Positions 30,982-42,438 are shown, numbered from the stretch's first letter. The stretch: DNA of 64,000 nt from Prasinococcaceae sp. CCMP 1430 (GCA_013416795.1 RQSC01001262.1:8585-72584); one strand, 5' to 3'. Made by a program: numbers and translations. Notes: a model not told the origin generated them from the sequence alone.

Positions 30982-31106
30982 TGTAAAAAGAGAAATACAC
31001 TCACAGTGTGTGGAAAAAAAGGAAAGGAAGGTTTTTGAGAAAAGAAGGAAAAGACTTTCAAACTCTCGGTCTGACCGACAAAGAAAACCATCCAAAGAAA
31101 AAAAGA

Positions 31107-31850
31107 TCAGATATCTTCCATCTTTACTCGAAGCCAGTCAACGTACTGAGGCATGGTGACAGACTCCACAGCAATCGGCATAAACCCATGGTTCATTCCA
31201 CAAATTTCACTACACTGTCCATAGAAAAGACCGACTCGATCCATGTACAGAGAAACTTGGTTCAGTCGTCCAGGAACAGCATCACACTTCAATGCAAGAC
31301 TTGGAACAGCCCAGCAATGAAGAACGTCTGCACTTGTAATAAGGACGCGAACGTGTGAGTGAACAGGAAGAACAACCCGGTTATCAACCTCAAGCAATCG
31401 AAGATCACCTGGAAGAAGGTCGTCCTCTGCAATCATATACGAATCATATACAATTGAAGTCTCGTTATCCTGAGCATAATCTGAATACTCATAGGTCCAA
31501 TACCATTGGTGACCAACAACTTTCAAAGTAATTGCCGGGTCAACCACCTCATCCATTGAGTAAAGCAATGCAAAAGAAGGCATTGCAATCAACATAAGAA
31601 TAAGACTTGGGGTCACGGTCCAAATAATTTCAAGTTCTGTTCCGTGGGTGGTTGAATCCGCACCGATACTTGTCCCTTTTACGAAGTGCATAAGACATCG
31701 AACCATAAGGAAACAAACCATAACCACAATTGCGATCAAGAAAAACATAATATCGTGGTGAAGATCATAGATCCCAGCCATTGCTGGAGATGCAGGATCC
31801 TGAAACCCATATTGCCATGGGATAGCGTGATCAGCGTACACAGTGAACAT
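31107..31850 (-). CDS. cox2: Cytochrome c oxidase subunit 2
   Basis: [30 protein letters not shown]. Confidence 0.98.
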   Translation of the reverse strand: MFTVYADHAIPWQYGFQDPASPAMAGIYDLHHDIMFFLIAIVVMVCFLMVRCLMHFVKGTSIGADSTTHGTELEIIWTVTPSLILMLIAMPSFALLYSMDEVVDPAITLKVVGHQWYWTYEYSDYAQDNETSIVYDSYMIAEDDLLPGDLRLLEVDNRVVLPVHSHVRVLITSADVLHCWAVPSLALKCDAVPGRLNQVSLYMDRVGLFYGQCSEICGMNHGFMPIAVESVTMPQYVDWLRVKMEDI

Positions 31851-32062
31851 CAAAAATCGAAAGAAAAAAGAAAGGAAGGTTCCTTTCTGCAAGAAAGAAA
31901 AAGAAAAAAGGGTGACGGAAGGAAAGATTTTTTGATCGAAGGCTTCCCTATGGAGGGACACACCCTTTAGTTTCAGAAAGAAAAAATCTACTTTTGTGGT
32001 CTCTTCCTTTGACACAAAGAAAGAATGTCCCTTCAAAAAGGAAAAACTCTCTCTCTTTCCTA

Positions 32063-32135
32063 TGATCGACACAGGATTCGAACCTGTGACACCAAGAGCT
32101 TCAATCTTGTGCTCTACCAACTGAGCTAGTCGATC
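32063..32135 (-). tRNA. trnF: tRNA-Phe(GAA)
   Basis: Anticodon arm CAAGA-TTGAAGC-TCTTG. Confidence 0.93.
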
Positions 32136-32194
32136 CTAAAAAAGAAATCAAAGGGTTTTTGAAGGAAAAAAGGAGGGTTTTCTACGAAAAAACC

Positions 32195-32267
32195 CGACCA
32201 AACTGGGATTCGAACCCAGAACTCCCGCATTAACAGTGCGACGTTCTACCAAATGAACTTTTTGGTC
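32195..32267 (-). tRNA. trnN: tRNA-Asn(GTT), A instead of U at position 8
   Basis: Acceptor GACCAAA/TTTGGTC; anticodon loop CTGTTAA. Confidence 0.88.
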
Positions 32268-32376
32268 GTTCTCCAAAAGGGCGGTTAACCTTGAAAAGTC
32301 TTCACATACGAAAACTTTTTCGAAAGAAGAGGAAGAAAACCCTTCGTTTCTGGCAAACAAAGAAAACCAAACCTTC

Positions 32377-34005
32377 TCATCGAAGAACAAGGGAAAGGGC
32401 AACATATTTAGCCCCAGTCAAGAAAGCTTGTGGCCAAAGACCAAACCCAAGAATAAGAAGGGTCATTCCGCCAATCAACCCTGCTTGATAGTCATCAGGG
32501 GTTTCCCATTCATGAACATCTGTGGGCTGGCCTTCAAAATACATAATACTTACAAGTCGAAGATAATAGAACGTTGAAACAACGGAAGTAAGAAGACCCA
32601 AAAGAGCAATCCCATAGGCGTGGGCTTCAACGGCTGCCATAAGAACAAGAGCCTTTGAAGCAAATCCAGCAAGTGGGGGAATCCCAGCCATGCTAAGAAC
32701 GCCAACACTGAGGCAGAAGGCCATCATTGGGTGGGTGTGTCCTAGGCCTTGAAGCTCATGCAATCGAAGAATCCGTCGGCTTTCTCCTGCACTTCGAAGA
32801 GAAAGAAGGATTCCGAACACCAAGAGAGACATACAAATATACAGACTCATGTACACAAGGGTTGCTGTATACCCGCTTTCTCCAACACAAGAAAGTGAGA
32901 GAAGAATCCATCCCACATGTCCAATTGAAGAATAGGCAAAAACCCGCTTCAACTTTGTTTGGGCAAGAGCTCCCCAGGCTCCCACAAGAAAGGAAAGACC
33001 AGCACATCCTCCGAAGAGAATACCCCAGGCTTCATACACGGAAGCTGGTGAAAGACTGAGGATTCGAAGAACCAAACTAAAGAGTGCCATCTTTGGTCCC
33101 ACCGCAAAGAAGGCTGTCACTGGTGTTGGTGCACCTTCATACACATCAGGAACCCAAATATGGAAGGGAGCAGCTCCCACTTTAAACATAAGACCGACCC
33201 CAAGACAAAGAAGTCCCATAAGAAGAGGAGTATCAAGAGTGGTCGATTCTGACGCTTGAAGAAAAAGGGAAATATCATCCAATTTTGTAAACCCGGTCAA
33301 TCCATACAGAAGACTTGCCCCAAAAAGGAAGATAGCAGATGCAAGGGCTCCAAGAACAAAGTATTTCAACCCAGCTTCAACAGAAAGCACACTCTGACGT
33401 TTTGAAGCTGCAAGAACATAGAGACACATTGATTGAAACTCAATGCAAAGGTACACCATCAAAAGGTCATTTGCTTGGACAAGAAGAATCATACTCAGTC
33501 CCGCGTACAAAATAAGAGCGTTAATTTCGTACGGAGGAAGGCGATCCAAAAAATGTGTATGGTAGGATCCCGCAAGAAGGATGGTTGCAAGGGTCGCACA
33601 AAGCAAAAGAACACTGAGGTAGGAAGCCAAAGGATCCAAACAAAGCCCTTTATTAAAAATCTCTCGATCGATCCCATCCACTCCATTCATATAAAGAGTG
33701 GCAGTCAAAAGAAGAGTGAACCCTCCAAGCAATCCATAAGGACCGCTCAAAGCCGGATACTTGTAGGATTGCGTGGTTGCAATCCATACAGCCCACATGA
33801 GAAGGAAAAGCCCCATAAGACTTAGATAGGTCTCTGGAAGGAAGTAGACCCAATCATAGTGAAAGAAAGATTCGGGATGGTCGTACCCGTGCAATCCTGG
33901 AAGACTGTGTGTTTCAGCTTGGGCGCGGGCAATTGCCAAATCTTCGGTCGGGCTCGGAAGAAAGGGGGAGAAAAATGCCAATGGTTGAGAAGAAGGGGAG
34001 TGCAT
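32377..34005 (-). CDS. nad2: NADH dehydrogenase subunit 2 (N-terminal extension; start uncertain)
   Basis: EAGLKYFVLGA, FKVGAAPFHIWVPDVY, AYSSIGH, AGIPPLAGF. Confidence 0.97.
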   Translation of the reverse strand: MHSPSSQPLAFFSPFLPSPTEDLAIARAQAETHSLPGLHGYDHPESFFHYDWVYFLPETYLSLMGLFLLMWAVWIATTQSYKYPALSGPYGLLGGFTLLLTATLYMNGVDGIDREIFNKGLCLDPLASYLSVLLLCATLATILLAGSYHTHFLDRLPPYEINALILYAGLSMILLVQANDLLMVYLCIEFQSMCLYVLAASKRQSVLSVEAGLKYFVLGALASAIFLFGASLLYGLTGFTKLDDISLFLQASESTTLDTPLLMGLLCLGVGLMFKVGAAPFHIWVPDVYEGAPTPVTAFFAVGPKMALFSLVLRILSLSPASVYEAWGILFGGCAGLSFLVGAWGALAQTKLKRVFAYSSIGHVGWILLSLSCVGESGYTATLVYMSLYICMSLLVFGILLSLRSAGESRRILRLHELQGLGHTHPMMAFCLSVGVLSMAGIPPLAGFASKALVLMAAVEAHAYGIALLGLLTSVVSTFYYLRLVSIMYFEGQPTDVHEWETPDDYQAGLIGGMTLLILGFGLWPQAFLTGAKYVALSLVLR

Positions 34006-34114
34006 AATCAACAGAAAGGGTCCACGAAACCCAGGAAAAGAAAAAAAGCCAACAGACCCTGTGTGCCTGTTTTGAAAGTCATTCTTCGGAAGAGAGTTTT
34101 TCTTCAAAACTCTC

Positions 34115-35581
34115 TCAGAGAAGGTGAGCCATCAGATGGGCCAGACTTGCATGCATAGGATTCAAAAGTGCATCTGGATAAATTCCAAAGAAAACAGCCC
34201 CACTCAAAAGAGGAAGGAGAAGAGCAAGTTCCCGCCGATTGACATCCGCATGTGCTTTGAGTGCCCAAGGCTTTGGGAGTCCAAAAATAATTCGGTTACA
34301 CACCCAGAGTTGGTATGCACCACCAAGGATCATTCCAAGAGCACCTCCAAAGGCAAGAACCGAGCTTACACTGAAACACCCGCAGAGCACCAAAAACTCT
34401 CCGACAAAGGAAACTGTTCCTGGGAGACCAATGTTTGCCATAGAAAGAAAGACAAAGATTGCTCCAAAAAGAGGCATTGTAAGGACGAGACCTCCGTAGT
34501 AGTGTACCAATCGAGTCTTATATCGGTCATACAAGGCTCCAATCATCACAAAAAGGGCAGAACTGACAAATCCGTGTCCCAACATGAGGAAAAGAGCTCC
34601 TTCAACCCCTGTCTGAGTCAAACTAAAGATTCCAAGAGTGACAACCCCCATGTGTGCAACCGAGGAATAGGCAATGATTTTCTTCAAGTCAATTTGTCGG
34701 ATGGTTGTCAAGGAAGTATACACAATAGCAGCCAAACTCAGGGTACAGACCAAGGGACTGAAGTACACACAGGCGTCTGGCAAAAGGGGAAGAGAGAGTC
34801 GAAGGAATCCGTACCCTCCGAGCTTCAGCATAATTCCAGCAAGAAAGACAGACCCTCCAGTCGGTGCCTCAACGTGGGCCTCGGGCAACCACACATGCAT
34901 AGGGACCATAGGAATCTTGACTCCAAAGGCAACAAAAAAGGCCAACCATACAAGAAGCTGGCGTTCAAAGGAGAGTTCACAATTCGCAAGAACAGTAAGG
35001 TCGGTTGTTCCCGCCTCAGTTGCCAGAAGAACAAGGGCAAGAAGCATAAGGACAGACCCAGCCAAGGTGTACAGGAAAAACATGTAGGCTGCTTGAATCT
35101 TTCGAGATCGAGATCCCCAAACCCCGATAATCACATACATTGGAATAAGGACAGCCTCGAAAAAGATATAAAACATCAAAAGATCCAAACTCAGAAAGAC
35201 TCCCAGAGTAAGGCTTTCCAAAACAAGGAAAGCAATGAAATAGTCTTTCACACCATAATTCAACGTCCATCCTGCAAGAAGGCAAAGAGGAACCAAAAGG
35301 GTGGTCAAAAGAACCAAAAAGATTGAGATTCCATCGATCCCAAGAATAAAGTTGATCCCGTATTCTTGGAGGTAAGGAAAGGTGGTCACCATTTGGTACT
35401 TCGGGGTCGCACTATTAAATTGGGTGTACACTCCAAGGGAAGCAACCAAGGTTGCACAGGACGCGCTAAGGCCAACAATTTTTTGGGTTTCCACACGGTC
35501 TGCGGGAAGAAGGAGGATGAGTCCTACACCGAGAAGGGGAAGAAAAAGCAAGACTGGTAGAAGAAACATACAAGAAAGCAA
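34115..35581 (-). CDS. nad4: NADH dehydrogenase subunit 4
   Basis: GIDGIS, FFEAVLIPM, HVWLPEAHVEAP, IAYSSVAHM. Confidence 0.98.
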   Translation of the reverse strand: MLSCMFLLPVLLFLPLLGVGLILLLPADRVETQKIVGLSASCATLVASLGVYTQFNSATPKYQMVTTFPYLQEYGINFILGIDGISIFLVLLTTLLVPLCLLAGWTLNYGVKDYFIAFLVLESLTLGVFLSLDLLMFYIFFEAVLIPMYVIIGVWGSRSRKIQAAYMFFLYTLAGSVLMLLALVLLATEAGTTDLTVLANCELSFERQLLVWLAFFVAFGVKIPMVPMHVWLPEAHVEAPTGGSVFLAGIMLKLGGYGFLRLSLPLLPDACVYFSPLVCTLSLAAIVYTSLTTIRQIDLKKIIAYSSVAHMGVVTLGIFSLTQTGVEGALFLMLGHGFVSSALFVMIGALYDRYKTRLVHYYGGLVLTMPLFGAIFVFLSMANIGLPGTVSFVGEFLVLCGCFSVSSVLAFGGALGMILGGAYQLWVCNRIIFGLPKPWALKAHADVNRRELALLLPLLSGAVFFGIYPDALLNPMHASLAHLMAHLL

Positions 35582-35649
35582 AAAGGAAAGGGTTTCTCAG
35601 TGCACCAAAAAAGGTTTGTTTTTCAAAGAAACCAAAAAAAAAAGAGAAC

Positions 35650-37671
35650 TCAGACTGCAAGTCCAAGAAGACTGATTCCTGCCAACAAAAGAGCAAAACC
35701 TTCGTCTGGACCGAATCCAAGAGAAAGAACCCCTGAAGCTGGTCCAAGAAGACTCAGAAGAAGAAGAATCAGACAAAAGGCAAGAACAGATGCGTAATGT
35801 GGAAGACTTGTCCAGGATCGAAGTCGAAGCACTGGAAGAAGAGACCCTGCACTAAACTTTGCACCCGTTGGACCAAAGACTTCAAGAAGACCTTTATCAA
35901 TGGTCTTGAAGGTCACGTGGTATCCGAAGAAAAGAGCAGTCCACCCGAAGACTTCAGCATAAATTTTATCAATAAACCATCGCTTGTTTGTGAAAATATA
36001 AAAAGTCCGAACACTCTGACTTCGAGTAAGGGCTGCCAGTGCCATCTTTCGAAGGGGACCAAGGTGTACAAGGTAGGCCAAGGTTGCGCCAAGGGTGGTT
36101 GCAATCAAAGGTGCAACCTTCGCTGAAAGCGGAACAAGCTCAGCCTCGAACCCTTGGGTCAGCCCTCCAGCAGCAACCAGAGACCCTCCCCAAAAGGGAG
36201 TCCCCAACCCAGTGAAGGCTTCTTTCAATCCTTCTGCTCCAAAAATCGAACAGGTTGTAAGAACCAACAAAGGAATAAGAATAGTCCAGGATCCTTCATG
36301 GGCAAGAAGAATACCAGCCTTTGAAGTTCGACTCTCTCCCCAGAAAACCATAAAGAGAAGGCGAAAGGAATAGTACGAAGTACAGAAGGCTGCAAAAATT
36401 CCAAGAAGGTAGGCCAGAAGTCCGGTTGCCATCCCACGGGAATAGGCAGCTTCAAGAACAAGGTCCTTTGAATAAAAGGCTCCAAGGTAAGGAAATCCAA
36501 CCAAAGCGAGACTTCCAACAACCATACATGCGTAGGTAAGAGGAAGGAGACGGGCGAGTCCTCCCATCTTTCGCATATCTTGTTCTCCTCCAATCGCATG
36601 AATCACAGATCCAGCACAAAGGAAAAGAAGGGCTTTAAAGAAAGCGTGAATGATCATGTGATAGAGAGCAACCGCGTACGCACCAACTCCTGCTGCAAAC
36701 ACCATATATCCCAGCTGACTACAGGTTGAGTAGGCAATCACTCGCTTCATATCATTCTGGGTCAGCCCAGTCACGGCTCCAAGAAGGGCGGTGGTTGCCC
36801 CTACAACGGTGGCAACCTGAAGGGCGATCGGTGCATACGCAAGAAGAGGGCTGACTCGTGCCAAAAGAAAGACCCCAGCAGTAACCATGGTCGCAGCGTG
36901 AATCAAGGCTGAAACAGGGGTCGGTCCTTCCATCGCATCAGGAAGCCAGGTGTGAAGGCCAACCTGTGCGGACTTTCCAATCGCACCAATAAAAAGAAGG
37001 CAGCCAATCGCTGTCAACGCATGAACCTCGTACCCAAAAAAGATAAGAAGGTCTTCTGCATGAAGGTGTGCAGTGCTGAAAACAGTGGCATAGTCCAAAG
37101 ACTTGAAAAGGGCATAAATCCCAAAAATTCCAAGGGCCAAACCAACGTCTCCAACTCGGTTCATAATCATTGCTTTAATCGAAGCCTTATTTGCTTGTGC
37201 CCGAGTAAACCAAAAGTTGATAAGAAGGTAGGATGCAAGACCAACACCTTCCCATCCAAGGAAAAGAATAAGAAAGTTATCCCCTGTGACCAAAAGCATC
37301 ATAAAGATAGTAAAGGTCGACAAGTAGGTCATGAAACGTGGAAGGTGGGGATCCGCACTCATATACCCAATAGAATACAAATGAACCAAGCTTGAAACCC
37401 CAGTAATCATGCAAAGCATAACCATTGTAAGGGTGTCAAAAAGGAAGCCCCATTGTGCATCAAAGGCCTCGGAGTGGACCCATCGCCCAAGAGTCAGTGT
37501 ACAAGGGGACCCACCATATCCGACCTCGTACAAACCGATAAAACTGAGAAGAGCAGAAAGGGCGACCGCAGTCGTGGTGAGAAGAGCTGTTCCTCGACCT
37601 CCCATGGCTCGTCCAAAGAAGCAGCCAAAAAGAGTTCCAAGAGTGGGAAGCAAGAGAAGAACCAGATACAT
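35650..37671 (-). CDS. nad5: NADH dehydrogenase subunit 5
   Basis: GWEGVG, GKSAQVGLHTWLPDAMEGPTPVSALIHAATMV, AYSTCSQLG. Confidence 0.98.
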   Translation of the reverse strand: MYLVLLLLPTLGTLFGCFFGRAMGGRGTALLTTTAVALSALLSFIGLYEVGYGGSPCTLTLGRWVHSEAFDAQWGFLFDTLTMVMLCMITGVSSLVHLYSIGYMSADPHLPRFMTYLSTFTIFMMLLVTGDNFLILFLGWEGVGLASYLLINFWFTRAQANKASIKAMIMNRVGDVGLALGIFGIYALFKSLDYATVFSTAHLHAEDLLIFFGYEVHALTAIGCLLFIGAIGKSAQVGLHTWLPDAMEGPTPVSALIHAATMVTAGVFLLARVSPLLAYAPIALQVATVVGATTALLGAVTGLTQNDMKRVIAYSTCSQLGYMVFAAGVGAYAVALYHMIIHAFFKALLFLCAGSVIHAIGGEQDMRKMGGLARLLPLTYACMVVGSLALVGFPYLGAFYSKDLVLEAAYSRGMATGLLAYLLGIFAAFCTSYYSFRLLFMVFWGESRTSKAGILLAHEGSWTILIPLLVLTTCSIFGAEGLKEAFTGLGTPFWGGSLVAAGGLTQGFEAELVPLSAKVAPLIATTLGATLAYLVHLGPLRKMALAALTRSQSVRTFYIFTNKRWFIDKIYAEVFGWTALFFGYHVTFKTIDKGLLEVFGPTGAKFSAGSLLPVLRLRSWTSLPHYASVLAFCLILLLLSLLGPASGVLSLGFGPDEGFALLLAGISLLGLAV

Positions 37672-37760
37672 AGTGAAAAAAAAAATGGTCTCCAAACCAT
37701 GGTTGGTTTGATTGTGTGCCACCCTCCAAAAAATCTGTGGGTGGTCTAGGGTGAAGGTGA

Positions 37761-37833
37761 GAGCAGCACCTGGATTCGAACCAGGACACTCGAGGTCATG
37801 AGCCTCGCAGCCTTCCAATTGGCCCATGCTGCC
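37761..37833 (-). tRNA. trnM: tRNA-Met(CAT), IR copy
   Basis: Reverse complement of 29289-29361. Confidence 0.85.
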
Positions 37834-37919
37834 GTGTCTCAGTCTTTGAAAGAAACCCTCTCTTTCTTTGACCGTATGGGAAAAAAGACACATATTTGAC
37901 CATATGGGAAAAGAAAGGT

Positions 37920-38912
37920 TTACATTGGAAGAGCGTTCAATCCAAGAAGAAGACCACTCAACATACAGACCCATCCAAGGGAAAGAGGGAGGAAGACCTT
38001 CCACCCAAGGGCCATAAGTTGGTCATATCGGTATCGAGGAAGACTGGCTCGAACCCAAATATACCCAAGAAGAAGGAAGAGGGTTTTGACTGCATACCAG
38101 AACCCTCCAGGAATCATGGTCAAAGGAAAGACCATAAGAGGAGGGTGCCACCCACCAAGGAAGAGAAGGACAAGAAGGGCAGACATGAGAATCATGTTTG
38201 CATACTCTCCAAGAAAGAAGAGGGCAAACCCCATAGACCCGTATTCAACGTTGTACCCTGCAACCAACTCCGCCTCCGCTTCTGGAAGGTCAAAGGGTGC
38301 TCGATTCGTTTCCGCAAGACAAGAAATGAAGAAAAGAAGAGCAATAGGGAAGAGAGGGAGGACAAGCCAGACTTCCTCCTGGGCTTTCACAATAGAAGCA
38401 ATTTGAAGAGACCCTGTACAGAGAAGGACGGAAATCAAAATAAGTCCAATAGAAACCTCATAGGAAACCATCTGTGCGGTCGATCGGAGGGCTCCAAGAA
38501 AGGCATACTTTGAGTTCGATGCCCACCCTGCAATAATGATTCCATACACCCCCAAAGACCCTGTTGCAAAAATATACAAAATTCCAAGATCAAGGTCCAC
38601 AAGAACAGCATCCTCTGAAAGAGGAAGAGCAGCCCACCCCATCATTGCAAAAATAAAGGTAAGGACTGGGGCGGCAACAAAAAGGTGAATATCTGAAAGG
38701 GTAGGAAGGGCAGCCTCTTTCACAAGAAGCTTCAAAGCATCCGCAAGGGGCTGGAAAAGCCCCCAGAGACCAACCACATCCGGCCCCTTTCGTCGTTGCA
38801 TGGCCCCCATAATCTTTCGCTCTGCAAGGGTAAGGTAGGCAACCGCAATCAACAAAGGAAGAAGAAGACCAAGAATCTGGGTAAGTTGGAAGACAAAGGT
38901 AAGAAGTGTCAT
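37920..38912 (-). CDS. nad1: NADH dehydrogenase subunit 1 (IR copy 2)
   Basis: Identical protein to 28210-29202. Confidence 0.98.
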   Translation of the reverse strand: MTLLTFVFQLTQILGLLLPLLIAVAYLTLAERKIMGAMQRRKGPDVVGLWGLFQPLADALKLLVKEAALPTLSDIHLFVAAPVLTFIFAMMGWAALPLSEDAVLVDLDLGILYIFATGSLGVYGIIIAGWASNSKYAFLGALRSTAQMVSYEVSIGLILISVLLCTGSLQIASIVKAQEEVWLVLPLFPIALLFFISCLAETNRAPFDLPEAEAELVAGYNVEYGSMGFALFFLGEYANMILMSALLVLLFLGGWHPPLMVFPLTMIPGGFWYAVKTLFLLLGYIWVRASLPRYRYDQLMALGWKVFLPLSLGWVCMLSGLLLGLNALPM

Positions 38913-39059
38913 TCAGTCAAAGAAAGAAAAAGGAGACTGGTGGAAGCTTTCTTTCTGTACAAAAGAAAAAGAAAGGGAAACACAAGAAAAAAGACTGAGT
39001 TTTTCAGAAAAAAGAGTCTGAAAAAAGAAAGACTTCCTTTCTTTCCTGCTCCCTACGGG

Positions 39060-39278
39060 ATCAATAAACCATCGCTTGTTTGTGAAAATATAAAAAGTCC
39101 GAACACTCTGACTTCGAGTAAGGGCTGCCAGTGCCATCTTTCGAAGGGGACCAAGGTGTACAAGGTAGGCCAAGGTTGCGCCAAGGGTGGTTGCAATCAA
39201 AGGTGCAACCTTCGCTGAAAGCGGAACAAGCTCAGCCTCGAACCCTTGGGTCAGCCCTCCAGCAGCAACCAGAGACCC
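39060..39278. repeat. 219-bp direct copy of an internal nad5 segment (35968-36186) at the mito-nuclear junction
   Basis: ATCAATAAACC...CAGAGACCC identical at offset 3092. Confidence 0.93.
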
Positions 39279-39636
39279 CCCCCGCTGCTCTCAGGCCCGC
39301 CCCGCGCCACCCGCCAACCGTTAGGGTCCAAAATAAAACCCTTAATGAGGTCTTAACCCTAACCCCAACGCCGGGCGGGACCCCCTGCGGCGGCCTTTTT
39401 TTTTGCGCGCGTTTTTCTTCGGTATTTTACGCGGCGAGATTTCGTGAGTTTGCATGTGAATTCGCGGCGTCGTTCCGGAAAAAGGCGGAAAATGCGCGAG
39501 GAAAAAACGAGCGGATAAGACGGCGCTGCGGCGGGGGTGCCACAGGGGCACGCGCTGCGGGCGGGGTGTGTGGGGGGCGAGGGGGGGGGAGGGAGCGAGG
39601 GAGGTGTGAGGGGCGCCCGCCTTTCGCGCGGTGAGG

Positions 39637-40471
39637 ATGGCCGCGCGCGCGGTGCGCGCCGCGGGCGCGGGCGCACGGGGGCGCCGGTCGGCGGCGGGGC
39701 GCGGGGACAGCAGGGGGTGCAGCGTCGCGCAGCGGGCGCGATGGGCGCAGCGGGGGTTGCAATGCTCTCTGCCGCCGCGCCCGCGCGCGCCGACGCGCCC
39801 GCGCAAACGCCAGAGGAGATACGCAAACAGATTGAGGCGCTGCAGAGCCAGCTCGACAGCCTCAAGCAGCAGACGCCCCCTGCGCTCGAGATCGCCGCCG
39901 CCGACGCAACCGCGCCAGCCGTCGAGGTGGACGCGGCCGACGCGGCCGCGCCGGCTTCCGACTCTGTCGTCTACGAGCCGCCAGCGGAGGCGCCGTACGT
40001 CGATATGAAGACGTACAAGCTCAGCGAGGACTCCGTGGAGATCATTGACGGCGTGCCCAACACCGCGGGTGGCCTCGCCGTGCAGGTGCGTGCGGCTGCG
40101 CGGCCTTGACTCGCTGGGCGTTCCGTGTGCTGCGCGGGGGCGTGCGAGGAGCGCCCGAAGAGAGAGCGCAGCGCACGTGCGCGAGGAATGGGGCTGACAG
40201 AGCGCACACCCACGTCACCTCTTGCGAACGCGTGCGTGCGCTTCCGCAGGCGGGGCTCGTCCTGGGCTTCCTGCTGCTGATCGGCACCACCGCGGGCGTG
40301 GCATACCTAAACTTTCAGGGCTGGCAGGACGAGAGGGAGATCAAGAAGATGAACGAGCAGTTTCAGTTCGACAAGGCCATCGGCGACGCCGGGCTCAAGG
40401 CCGGCGAAGGCGACTCGCAGAAGAAGCAGCGTTCGATCTCGAAGAAGGGTAGGGGATTCGGTGGGAAGTAA
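39637..40471 (+). CDS. Putative plastid/thylakoid single-pass membrane protein; 2 exons (intron 40086-40249); apparent 1-nt frameshift near 39690
   Basis: Ala/Arg-rich transit-like N-terminus, A-x-A site APARA-DAP, GT-AG intron, TM AGLVLGFLLLIGTTAGVAYL, C-terminal KKGRGFGGK. Confidence 0.55.
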
Positions 40472-40528
40472 GAGGGTTTTGGCATGTGAGCACACACACA
40501 GTTACATCGCGACGCCCTCCGTACATTA

Positions 40529-40562
<34 letters not shown>

Positions 40563-40643
40563 TGTCTTCGTCTGTTTCTCCGTCCCTGTACCCCCCCGCC
40601 CCCCCCCGTCTCTTCCTCCTCGTCTTTTTGCGTCTACTCTCAC

Positions 40644-41570
40644 TCACTTGCCCCCCTCCGCTGCGAAGCCCCTGCCGGCCCCGAAGAGCCGCGCGTACGC
40701 CTCGCCGCTGACCAGGCTGTTGCCGTCCGGCGGCGCCAGCCGCGGCGCCGACGAGGCGCGCTCCTCGGCGAGGATCGCCGCGGCGTGTGCCTTGATGCGC
40801 TCCATCTTGCCGCCGTACGCCCAGTCGTACTGGTAAGCCGTCACGAAGCTGGGCGTGCGTGTGTGTGCATGCGCGTGTCCAGGCGTGCCATGTGCGCGCC
40901 CAAGTGCATGCACGCGCAAGCGAGTAAGTGGGAGCGTGAGTGAGTGCGCGTGTGCATGCGTGCGTGTGCACACACGCGCGACACGCGCAAGTGGAGGGTC
41001 AGCCTGAGTGGGGGCCGGGAGACTGTGATGCACTCGCACGAGGTGAGGGCGGCCCAGGCTCGTCGGCCCGTTCTCGCGCAACAGGGCATGCATGGCGCCC
41101 CCGTGCCCGCCCGCGCGCCCTCTAGCACGCGCCCACCGACGCACCTGAGCGGCACGGCCGCCACTCCCCCGCCGGGCCCTTGGCCGCGCGCGATGCCGGC
41201 CGCGCCGATGAGCAGCGCCGTACACAGGCCGCAGCCCAGCCACGGCAGCAGCTCTCGCGCGCCGGCTATCTGCAGCGCCATCTGTTTGTTTTGGCGCGCG
41301 CGCGCACGCGTTCGCAGGTGTCCGCGGCGGCGACAAGCGGTATGTGCGCGTGCGCGCCAGTGTGTCAGTCCGTCACACGCACCGGCACGCGCTCGCGCGA
41401 GCTCGCGCGCGAGCACGCGGGCGCCGAGGTCACCGGCGCTACGGCGCACGCCTCTCTCTCTCTCTCTTCCCCCCCCCGCGTGCACGCACCTGCGTCTCCC
41501 TGACTTTCAGCTGCATCTCTCGCTGGCCCTCGATCATGCCCTTGGGGATGGCGCTCAGCGCGTTGCCCAT
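40644..41570 (-). CDS. PLGRKT: Plasminogen receptor Plg-R(KT)/DUF2368 family protein; exons 41570-41490, 41281-41145, 40848-40644
   Basis: Spliced product ...QREMQLKVRETQMALQIAGARELL...VPLSFVTAYQYDWAYGGKMERIK matches the family pattern as I recall it; GT-AG introns. Confidence 0.75.
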
Positions 41571-42360
41571 GGCTGGCGTGCGGCGCGGGGCCGCAGTCCA
41601 CGTGCGCGTGTGCGCGCGCGCGCGCCTGCGCCGTGTTCAGAGTGTCCACCAGAGTGCCGCACAGCAGTCAATGTCAACGGGTCCTGCGGAGCCGGGCGCG
41701 TGCGCGCGCGCGTGAGAGCGCCAACGTGCGTGAGCGAGCCAAGCAGAGGCGCCAGGCGCGCGGCGCGCGCGCTTGCGCACCCCCGCGCGAGCGCGCTCGC
41801 TACGGGCATGCCCAAGCCGTCCAGCGGGAGGTGGATGGGGTTGGTGCCCAGCCAGCCAGGCCGCACTCGCGCACCCGATCCGAACGCGCGCGCTAAAACG
41901 AGTTCGCACCGCCGGCGCGACCACCCGCTCAGGCTCGAGGCTCGAGTCCCGAGGCTCCCGCCGCGTGCGGCGCGCCGCGCGTTTCCACGCCCACCCATCC
42001 GTCCGCCCGCCCTCGGCGCACGCCGCGCGCGCGCACACCTCTGTCCCTGTACCCAGACAGGACGGCCCGCCGCCGCGCGGTTCGCGTATGGCGCGCGCGC
42101 TGCTGGCTGGCGCTGCCGTCTCATTGAACACATTGGCGGTCTAACACGTGTGTGTGTATGTGCGTGTGTGTGTGTGTTTGTGCATGTGTGTGTGTGTGCA
42201 TGTGTGTGTGCATGTGTGTGTGTGTGTATGCGTGTTTGTAGGCGCGCGCGCGTGGCCGACACACTCGAAAAGTGTGCGTGTTCTGTGCGTGCTGTCGTGA
42301 GCGTATCGAATTCACAGAAGCCGAACGTGCGGAACTCTGCGAGTAACGGCACACGCACGC

Positions 42361-42361
42361 A

Positions 42362-42423
<62 letters not shown>

Positions 42424-42438
42424 CACACACACACACAC
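42361..42438. repeat. (CA)n microsatellite; many shorter (CA)/(GT)/(GC)n tracts occur in nuclear introns and intergenic DNA
   Basis: Direct reading. Confidence 0.95.

Larger units (their letters stand above)
37727..39061. repeat. Inverted-repeat segment; partner 28061-29395; breaks off inside the trnE 3' end
   Basis: Reverse-complement identity through nad1 and trnM to ...CTCCCTACGGGAT. Confidence 0.95.

Noticed and set aside
39341-39366. Telomere-like TTAGGG / TAACCCTAACCC next to the mito-nuclear junction
   Set aside because: Only about two hexamers in each orientation; similar isolated hexamers occur at ~50956 and ~59575, so chance is sufficient
41630-42150. Possible small gene between the Plg-R(KT) homolog and the dynein 3' end
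   Set aside because: Short GC-rich ORFs in several frames with no motif or clear splice structure; cannot be supported
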